Source of the DNA: Schizochytrium sp. TIO01
Taxonomy: Eukaryota; Protista; Bigyra: Labyrinthulomycetes
Direction: 5' to 3'
Assembly (NCBI GenBank): GCA_004764695.1
Contig: SMSO01000032.1
Coordinates: 1,364,001-1,428,000 of the forward strand
DNA: 64,000 nucleotides
Positions 48,328 to 58,833 of this stretch are shown here, in pieces. Both the position numbers and the translations under genes were made by a program. The stretch's first letter is position 1; each line of letters starts with the position of its first letter. The notes beneath the pieces were generated by a model. The model was not told where the DNA came from. It did not search any database and was given only the letters and a program-made list of their open reading frames with translations.

Positions 48328-51300
48328 CCTCCACGCATATCTATCTATCTATCCATCTATCCATCCATCTACTGGTTCTCAAGATAGTTCTTCTAAGACA
48401 GATGGAGAGATAGATAGATTGTAGCCAAGCATAGCTGCTGCCTACTTCCTGCTGCCTAGCTATGGCTAGCTATCTCTGGCCTAGCCGCCGGTAGGCTCCC
48501 ATGAAAGACACTCCTCAGGGCGGCTGGGAGGCGCCTCGAAGCCGCCAACTTGCCACTAGTGCACACGCACGCCCGTGCCCTCGCCTCCAAGTTCACGCAT
48601 ATCTTGCGCATACTTGGGCAACAGGCAGGCAGGCAGGCAGACAGTCCTAAGAAGAGCCTTTCGCTCTGCCTCTTCGCGTTGCAGGGAGACCTTGAGAGGC
48701 TTGCTTCGCTCGTCACGGTGTATCGTAGGCGGGTTTGGGATGATGGGGATAATCCGTGCACATGCTTCTTTTCTCTCTTCAAAGGTTCTCTGTTTATGTG
48801 TTAGTTCTCAATGTTTTGTTCACATAGGAGTGCACATATATACATAAATATATATATATTTTTATTATTTATTTTTTAAATTTAATATCAAAAATGATGT
48901 CCTAGAAGTATAAGAACAACATTGAGGGGCTAGAGTAATGCTTGAATGGAATGGCGGTGTTTAGAGGCATGGGCGCCGAGCAGTGACAGAACGACTTCGA
49001 GGACGGCAAAGCGGCTTCGCGGCAGAGAGGAAGTGGTGTGGCCGCTAAAATTGCAGATCACCCCGGCCTCTTGTACGTGTGCATTTTATGGTTTCTGTTC
49101 TGGCTTCCTCAATGCCAATTTATCAACCCGATTTCAATTTATGTGAGGGAGAGAGAGACCACGAGAGTTCGTTTTTTTAAATTTAAATTTAATATACCAA
49201 ACTTTGTTTTGAATTATTTATTTTAAACTATTAACTCATAATTATTTATTTTATAGTTATTTATTCATTTAAAATAATAACTTTTAAAAGTACTGTGAAG
49301 GCGTTATAGGCGAAGGTAAAACTACCAGAGAGATAATCAGAGCGGTTCACAGAAAGAGCACCTCGTCGTGACTGTATACCCAGAACCTTCAACTTATTCT
49401 GTACAGCCATGGCCTGAATGAATGCAACCTGTCGCGAGTCCAAGCTCCTTGGCCAACAGAAAAACCAAACAACCTAAACTGAATAATCCTGAACTTTTAA
49501 AACAAGGGAAAAAACAAAAAAGAACACGGAAAAAAGACGGAAAAAGAGGACAAAGCCTGAGTTTTCTTCCAAGTTCGGAAACTCTATTTTTAAAACCTCG
49601 ACCTCGCTGAACCGACCCTGGAAAAGAACGGGCTCCCTCCTAATATCCCATATCTACCCTACAGACTGGGTGTTCTTTTCGGCCGGCGGCGGCGAAGAGT
49701 TCAGCGCGAGTTTAGGTATAATGTGGCTCAGGCCTCACTTTTCTATTCAAGCTTTACCGCCGCTTTCTTCCACTCAGGTCGCCAGTGTCGGTAGAAGATT
49801 GCACAGCCAGCGAACGGCACGCCCTGCTACTGCGTAAGGGCCTTCTTCCTTCCTTGCGTAGGCGGGTTTCTCGCTGTCATGATGCGTGCTGGCGTGCCAT
49901 GTGAATCAATCCATCCATCTCCATCTCCATCTCCATCTCCATCTCCATCTCCATCCAGGCACCCGGGTTTTCCCCCACATACATACATGCATATATAGAT
50001 AGATAGATACATACATACATACATACATGAAGACATCGCATCGATGATCCATATCTATGCAGTAGGTACCTTGCAACGGACCTATCCTATCTACCCTTCA
50101 AAGCGTGCGTACAAAATGTGCGAGGAGGGGGGGCCTGTGAGCTTAACTGCTAGTACCTTACGTGCGGTTCGCAGGAGCGCTGGCCTGTCGTAGAGTAGGG
50201 CGTAGCGAGCCAGCTAGCCAGCGAGCGAGGGCACAGGCCCCTGCTTTCTTCCTCGTAGACCGCTTTCCTTCGCTGTTGTTTCCTTCTTGGCCGAGGCAGC
50301 TTTGGATGTGTAAATAGACATGCACATAGCTACAGAGATGGCCAATCAATTGGCTGAGACATACTGCGAGAGCGGTGCCGGGGGCTGCGTGAATCAATGG
50401 GAGCCCCACGGCGCTCCTCAAGTTGGCGGCGAGCGAGAAGACGTTATGTGCGACTGACTCGTGTCTGGTTGAAAGCAAATAACAAATGCGGCCAAGTTGA
50501 ACTTGGACTTGAAGATAACAACAAAAAATGGAGAACTGAAATGGAGATTTGAAGGCCCACCCTCCCGCCTCCGGTACGCTGTGAGTCCCCACGGCGATAA
50601 CGAGCGACCGCGGCCGAGCATTTGACCCACAGCTTCCAGGATCAAACTCGGCTGCGGCAATCGTTCAAAATTATAGATTGAGGAATCAGGCAGGCTCGCC
50701 ATCTTCTGCTTCTCCGTAAGCTATCAGCTAGCTAGAATGCAATTCACGGTCGCATTCACAGACTGATATTCTTGGAACGATGTGGGAACATGCATGGAAC
50801 CCTCGAGACGCTGCCCTCTTCTCTTCATCTTCATCGTGTTGTTTTTTCTTCAAGTTCGCGCACCCGTCGCCGGCGGCACCGGCAGCTCGAGAGAGTTGAA
50901 GTCCCCAACGAGGTCCTTCTCGGCAGACCCTCGCGATGGGCATGCTGTGCGAACGCTGGATGGAGTCCAAAGATGCGATGATCTAGATGGCGTGGCGGTT
51001 ATGAATGCAATGCCGAGTTTTAGAAAAGGGCACAGGCCTACCTACCTACAGTGAACTCAGTTGGCGGCCAGGAGAATAATAACATGTAACTGAGGGGTCG
51101 CGAATGCAAATGCACGTACAGACCTGCAGCAAAAGCAACGCCAGACACAGTCGCGGAGTCAACGGTTTCGTGCGCACTGATGAACGGATGGGCCTTCGAG
51201 CTCTGGCTGAAACTAACAAGGGCTTTAGGCCTTGAACTCAGAACATGTGCCTTCTTGAATTCAGATGGAACCTAAAACAAAGAAAGTATGAATATGAAAC

Positions 51301-54300
51301 TTCAAAACTTCGAGTTTCATTCGCTAGTTTTAAAATGTATTGTTATATTCTATTAATTCGATAAATAATTAAAAAGAAGAAGAAATACTGTAACAATCAT
51401 GCTGAACGAGTTGAATATGAATTACTTTTACTTTTAATTTTTAGTTTTAAAAACCTTTTTTAAATGACACAGTTCTGCACAGGAGCAATTCTTCTCAATC
51501 AAAACCTTTTGAAGCACTTCAACTTGAAAATGGCAAGAAGCAAAAGGGGAACAGTCCCTCTCTCCAAAGCGCACAGCGACTCATTCGCCTCACATCGCTC
51601 CGCTTTTCTAGGGAGTGCTGGCCTCAGCTGACTTGGCCACCGCCCTTCGCGCCCATCGTAACGAGACGCTATGAGCGGCGAGCACCCAGTTCCGTTCGCA
51701 TTGTACCAGTCAATCAAAGGAACAAACAAACAAAGGAACAAAGGAACAAACAAACAAACAAACAAACAAACTCGTGGCCTTTCGAAATCGGGACAACGCC
51801 TTGCTGTCCTTCTCGATTCAAAAAGTCGCTGATCCTTTCAAGTCTTTTCAAGAGGTCATCATCGTCAGGTTCCGGCAAAACCAAAGTAAAACGAGAAGAG
51901 AGAAGGGCTCGTGGCGGCCCAGGGCTTCGGGCTCACCACGCTTCCTCCGCTGCAGCCGGTTTGGAGAGCGACGAGGCGCCAGGCGCTGGCCCTCCTGACG
52001 CTGCGAGTTCGGAAGGCTCTTGACGAGGGTAGGGCAGGAGGCTCGGAGAAGAGCTGGCAGTAAGTACTGCTTCGAATGGATTTTTGAAATTTCGAAACTA
52101 ATTAGTTTCGAGGATGGAGCGAGTCAAAGGAGTTATAGCTGCTTCTTACCTACTCGAAAGGAACAAACTCGGCTGTGATTGATTGCTCCAAGGCTCGGAA
52201 ACTAGGAGGAAGGCGGCAGACGTCGAGCGCGAAACATGTGCCGAGCGCGGGCCGTACCTTCTGGGCTGGAGCAGATGCTCAGGGATCGGCCTCCTCTCGC
52301 TTTGCGCTGCAAGGAATGCGCAGAAAGTAGCGGAGCCTGACGAAGCAGTCAGTACACGGGCGGGAGATCGCAAGCGGCATCAAAATCAATTTGTAACATC
52401 AAGTTTCGAAATGCCGGCTTTGGAGTACTAATTAAACCAGATGAACCTCAGCGGACTTGGTTTGATTTGAAAGGGTCCTGCGTCCAACCTGAGGAAGCAA
52501 ATGTGAATGTAATCCAAAGACGCGCGCGAGAGAGAGAGAAGTAGATAAAAGGTAACGCGCGCATGGGACCAGCCCATTCCTTCAAAAAGGCATCGCTACG
52601 TATTTATTTATTGGAGAAATACAGAACGAGTTGCTGTTTGAAGGTTTATGTTAAATTCTGTTTTCAGTTGAGCTTTCCTGTTGATCCAAAATTACCTCAG
52701 AAAACTGAAAATTGCCTTCCTTCGCTGCTCTTGGCGAATTTAACACGAGGAAGGAGCTCTTCACGTCGCCTGACATGCTTCCTACTTTGTGCGTGCTGCT
52801 GTTCGCGTGGCCATCTATCCCTTTTTCCCATCCGTCAGGATCATGATTTTTGGAAAACTCTCGGAGAGAAAACTTGCAAGAGGAGCACATAATCCGAGCC
52901 AGACACTGATCATTAATGAGAGCACATCTGCTGTATCACCCATTCTTCCTTTATTTAATTATTCATAAATAAACCAGTGTTGCATTCCTTGGGACCAATC
53001 GTTCATTTGTTTAATTCGCAGCAATCACTTCAGAATCTTCTTCATTCGCTCTCCTCCTTTCGCTATTTGCGCTTTGGAGGTTGGAGTTGAAGATCACAAC
53101 CATACAGAGTGGAATTCACAATCATGACATCATAGATGATATCTTGTGCCCAGGTCTTCGATCATCCGCGTGGAGGAAACCCGATGGGTTATTATTTGCC
53201 GTTACGAGCGAACAGCTATAGGCGAGAACGCGCAGAAAGTTTGCCAAGGTCGTAGCGCCCGCAACGAAGCGGAGGTAGAAGAAAGACATTTTCATTGGCG
53301 CAGACAAGTAATACACGGACCCAAGAGTTCTTTGAATTCTTGCCAGCTCGTAGCATCTCCGCAGATCAAGGCTTGGCTTTCAGCCATATGTTTGGCAACA
53401 CCACGAAGACTGAAGGATCAATGTTAAGCCAAGCAGGACCAGCAGGTTTACTTCTGACGCTGATGCAAACTAGTGGTGACCATGACAGCTGACACGGCGC
53501 TGGAGATAGTTTTGGCAAAATGAAATTTTAATTAAAAATATTAGGAGGTAAAGTAATTATCTTTGTCAGTTGACGGAGGGTCGTTCGCTGATGCTACATA
53601 TCGTGGTTAGTTATATGCAGAAAACGCTCCAACGCCAATATCTACGCCGTAAACACCCGCACGAATCATTTCTTTTGAAGTTTGCTGTATCGCAATATAA
53701 AGACGTATTCAACTTACCGGACGGCGCCGTGACGCAAACTAGACGGGCGGCAGCGGTTCGGGTTTCTCAACTCTAAGAATAAGATTAAAATAAAAATGAA
53801 ATGAAATGAAATGAAAAGAAAAGAAAAGAAAAGAAAAGAATACAAAGAAATAAGTTATTTCCGAATGTTATGCCAAATTAATGCTTCTGCAAAAGAGATC
53901 TCACGAACCGATTGATGGTGGAGAAATCGATCTTCTGCGTCAATCTCCATTTTGCCACCTTTTAAAAAAGATGTACATCTTTCCTTCGCTGTCTTCATCT
54001 TGACGACCATCTTCACCGAAGCCCTCGCCTTTAATTTTCTTTAGCCAAGTTCTTCGAGTTGAAGAATAAAATAAAGCAGAAAGAAAGACAGAGAGAAAAG
54101 AAAGAAAGGATTCATTGAATCTTAAAGTAAAACCAGGAGGACTGAAACCTGCGGTCCCGTTCTTTTTCTGTGTTCTTTGCCGAAACTCTGTGGAGCTGAG
54201 AAGAGGACCTTTCGTCCCTTCAGCTTTCTTTTCACTCCTTTATTTTCAACATTTTCATTTTATAGTCTGCATCTTTACCACCGCTCGTCTCAACTCAGCC

Positions 54301-54753
54301 ATCGCCGCCATTAAATAAACAAAGAAGATCACTGATTTCCATCTGTTTCTGCCAGCTTACCTTTATCAAGAACAATTCAGGAGTTGCCAAACAAACAAAA
54401 CAAAACAAAACAAAACAAAACAAAACCAAATGCAAAATAAGAGCTTGACTTTTGCAAACCAAAATCAGAGTCATTAAAAACACGAGCCTGCCTGATGAGT
54501 TCCAACTTAGCCGAGAGAAATGCGATCTATCGACACCTATACCTCCCTCCCATCACATCAAACTAAAGCGCTAACCTTCGGAAAAACCACACAAACAAAC
54601 ATAAAAGGAACGTTCCACTTGGCCGCAGGAGGTAGCGACGCTCGGAACGCCTTTGGGAGACTTGCGGGAGGCACAAGTTGGACCTGGTTTGCGGCTGCCA
54701 AAGAAGTGCCACTTCCTTGTAGGCCAAGGAAGTCAGCGCAGCCACGACCAGTG

Positions 54754-54786
<33 letters not shown>

Positions 54787-55429
54787 GTTCGCTCCTCCTT
54801 CCTGTCCGCTTATTACATTTGTTACTCGGCGTCCAGGGTCATTTTCAAATTATGGCTGCTCAAGTCAAGTTAGTTCAAAAAGTTAGTTCAATTAATTCAA
54901 AATTGGGTGATCGAGCGATTGATTCAAAATCGATTCAGAGCCGAAGCCACGCAGCCTGGTCGCGACCATCAGTCAGGAGCTGCGACCTGGACGCCTGGAT
55001 GGATGATGGCATCTCGAGGCTTCGGGCAGAGGGCTGGGAAGGCAGGCGTCTTTTTTGGAGCGATGGCTGCGCTGGTTTCGCCGAAGTCGTGGAGCCCGAA
55101 GTGATTTCTAGCTAGCTAGCAGCTAGCTTGAGGAGTAATATGGGAGTTCCGCCATTGAGGCCCAGCTCGCTGGTGATCGCACTCTGTGGAGGATGGATGA
55201 TGAATGATGAGCGTAGGTAATGATCGTGATGGTATTATTTATGGAAACTGGGCTCGCCAGTTAGATAGCTAGCTAGTTAGGTACCTAGTTGCCATCCCAT
55301 GATCCAAACAATCTGTCTATATCTTCAGGGTCCAGGATTGAGCCAATCAATTTCTTTCATTCACTCATGTAAGGAGTGATGATCAACATGGGAAACAACT
55401 GACTGCGATGTTGTGCACTTGGGAAATAA

Positions 55430-55473
<44 letters not shown>

Positions 55474-57049
55474 TCTGGCTTTGAAATCGGTGGTTCGCTT
55501 TCGTTGTGGCCACACTTCACGAGACGCCAGATTCGCGCCACGAAGGCACATAACTAGGTACGAGACAGAGAAGGCTTGCAACAGCCCCGCGGCAATGGCC
55601 CAATGTCAATGGTCGTGAGATGTTCGTTGTTTCGATGAGCCAACGCGACTACTGTTCATCCGCCTAGGGCTGATGCCGTGATGCCCATAAGAAGAACACG
55701 CTGTTCTCGTGCTCTCGAAACCATTTTTTGTTTAAACTGCTCATGCCTCACGCCAGCAGCAACAGCAACAGCAAATTCTGTTGAACAGGAAGAACAATCA
55801 TGATGAATGAGGCCAGAAGAATGATTTTGTGGCAGACGCAGAGTTGCAACACCCTATAGTTTGTCAGCTTGATTTAAAGTGCACGATACCTGCATGAACT
55901 TCCGTCCAAAGATCGAACTTTGAGCGCCGAACATCAATCTTTAAATTCGAACATTGCAGAGGCCGTCGTAGTAGATAGAGCATACCTAGGTCGCATCTAC
56001 TTCTGTGGCAGTAAACGATGCTGCTCTTAAAGATGCTGCTGCCATGAAGCACACCTGGAAATTGAAGGGGTCAGTCATTTTGTGACGTGGTCTTTGCTTG
56101 GCATGAGGAACAGCCAACAACGCATGTGGCTCAGTATTCTGTTGGTTCGCCTGCTTGGCTATACCTCTAGCTGATATCGAAACAACGTTTAGCTGACTGT
56201 CTGCGAAAGCATTCGCCTCGGCTGCTGGATTGAATTGCAATTGAGAGGAATTGATCACTAATCGAGGGAAACCCTTTGAGAATATTATTGCTTCCATGTT
56301 GCTCATAACAAAGTGCTTGATAAGAATATGTGGAGAGCTTATAGCACGCCTTGTTCTTTTACATTCATTTCGTACATATCTGAAGAAGATTCTTCTATCA
56401 CGCTGATTAAGTTCACGCTGGAGTTTTTATTTTCAAATACTAGTTTCATTCGAACATTATTTCCCTTACTACGAATTGAAATTTACTCAATCACTGATTC
56501 ACCACGGACAAACCTATGAATGAACGAATGAAAACACCATGTTTCAAATGCATATTTGACTAGCTCTGTCGCCCCTCTGAAGGTTATAGCGGAATTGAGT
56601 AACCATGACCTTCAAAGGCACTGGACACCATGAAATTCCCACAGATAAAATGGGGAAGCTATCGGTTCGGAGAACAATACGAGGCTTAGATGCTTTTAAA
56701 TGGAGAAAATCAACTTCAGTATGATGTAATTTCCAAGAGTTTTTATTTTGTTGAAATCTTTCCGAGTAAATTGTCGTAAAAGTCACTACGTAAACATCTA
56801 GCTATGACTAACATCTCCTCTAGAACGAAGTTCGAAAGGCTTACGTTCCTACGTAGTTATCGGCATAGAAATGATTATGTACGCTTATGGAAGGAAAGCG
56901 CGTCATCGTAATACTAACCCTTAAATTAAAATAAAATCACAGCAACTAAGCGTCTGACTAAAAAGCAACTGTAGTTCAATTTTTTTGCCACCGTCCATAA
57001 GCATGCAACCTTAAAATTAAGCTTGTAATCTCCGTGAGCAGCAATTTAT

Positions 57050-58300
57050 TCTTTAAAGATAATAAATCTAGAAGGTTTGACTTCTTATCAAGTCAACTAG
57101 CTATTCAGTGAAGAGCGTTGGGTAAATTTCCTGGCGACAAGAGCATTGGAAGTTTGTAAAAGACGGTATTCCTCTCATTAAAATTAGCCTCTGCACAAGC
57201 TGGTGGTTCCCCCCTGTGTTAAGATTACAAATAAATAGCCTGTTCAATTTAAATCATCTATTCTTGCCACAGCTTCAATTCTGCCTCAAAGAGTTCAACC
57301 CCCATACATCCAAGTCATTTGAAAGAATTCACCATCAGTATCTTGATTTAGAGAATAAATATACTTCATGTGCTCGACAAGGTCTCGTCGGTTTTGAAGC
57401 TTGCGAGATTTAGGCTGGGTGTATCGAAAGAAGAAAGTGTCAGCTTGAAAGCAGCAGCTGGCCAACTTGAAGGTCAAAATAAGGTTGGCTGAAACTGAAG
57501 CGCACTATTGAGAAGGACATACGAGCGATTAACAAAGGTTTCACTGACCTTTGATATGGTTTTACTCACCATACTCACGAATCACCTAAGCTTCAGCCTG
57601 GTGGGCCCAGATGTGTAGCTTTGGCAACCGATGGTTTCTATTATTTTATTTTTTTTAAGAGAAAGAGGCAGCTTTACTGACAGAAGACAAAGATTGCAAG
57701 AACTATCTTAGCTTATCCAGTGTCTGAACTGCAAATGCAGAGATCACACAAATTTATAATGGAAAAGAGGTTGGCAGAAAGGACCGCTTAGCAGGAGACG
57801 AACACATTGAAGATACGAGGATAGTTAAAAGAAAACTTATTTGTTCATTCTACAGGGCTCTTTTTGTGAATGGTAAGCGCCTTCGTATCTTGATGCAGTC
57901 ATCCTATCTACCTATGCTCATCTGTCCGAGAGAGATATTGAAGAAGCATAATCCATAATATGAACAATACGTACTAGTAGCCATCACTCAGAAAGTACCT
58001 ACCGTGATATGATACTCCTTCTTCAAAAATGGTGCTAAACATAGAACGTTCATAACCCTAGAAGGAACGATTTGTTAAAGCTCGCTCGACATACGAGAGA
58101 ACCTTGTAGTAGTTGGAAGTTGTGGTATAATCGTTTAACGGATCAATTCTGATCGCGGAAACTTGTCTACGGAATGGCAGCTTACAAAGGTGCTAAAGAT
58201 ACCCTTCAGTCTGCTGCGGAGTTACGGATAAGAGACAGCTAAGATACTGAAGACATGATAAGATCACTGAATGGAGTACACACCCTGATGGCTTTTACAA
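57050..58300 (+). pseudogene. Decayed KLC-like TPR array upstream of the channel gene
   Basis: 57097-57123 LAIQ*RALG; 57297-57362 NPHTSKSFERIHHQYLDLENKY; 57485-57508 LAETEAHY; 57794-57817 GDEHIEDT; 58077-58106 KARSTYERTL. Confidence 0.55.
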
Positions 58301-58833
58301 TATAGATAATAAGTAGTTTAAAGTACAGAGGTACTGATTGAGAACATGCAACCTTCTTCACACGTGACATAACAAAATTATCAGTCGAAAGTATTAAGGC
58401 TGCAGCGAGTGGAACCAATACAAAGGCTTGTATACGGAAAGGATAGACTAAGGAAGAGGAGTTTGCTTCGTGTTGATACATGGCTTATAAGCGTTAACTC
58501 AAATATTCACACTCTTTTGATTTACTCGAACAACAGGGGTAGGCGCACCAAATAACAACGATTTCCTGAGTGATACACAGGCAAGGATCAAATTTACAGT
58601 GGTGCGCGCACGCAAGCAGGCGAGCTTGCGTGTGCGTGCTTCCGCGCGTGTTTGTAAGGGGTGCGGAATCATCTTCTACACTGTCCTGTCATTCTGTAGC
58701 TCAGTAGAACAGCCACGATCAAAAATCATATGCAGGAAAGGAGTGCGTTGTCCATCATTGGCTAGAATATACCAGACGTCTAAACTATTAGCTTGCCAGA
58801 AGGAGTTGCCGAGCTCTCAATCGGTCGGAGATC

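Larger units (their letters stand above)
43250..56700 (+). pseudogene. Scattered TPR relics in the long microsatellite-rich region between divergent genes
   Basis: 47396-47416 AELLNNQ; 50423-50458 LAASEKTLCATD; 53299-53322 RRQVIHGP preceded by QGRSARNEAE; 53627-53659 LQRQYLRRKHP followed by FLLKFAVSQY. Sparse and heavily overwritten. Confidence 0.35.
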
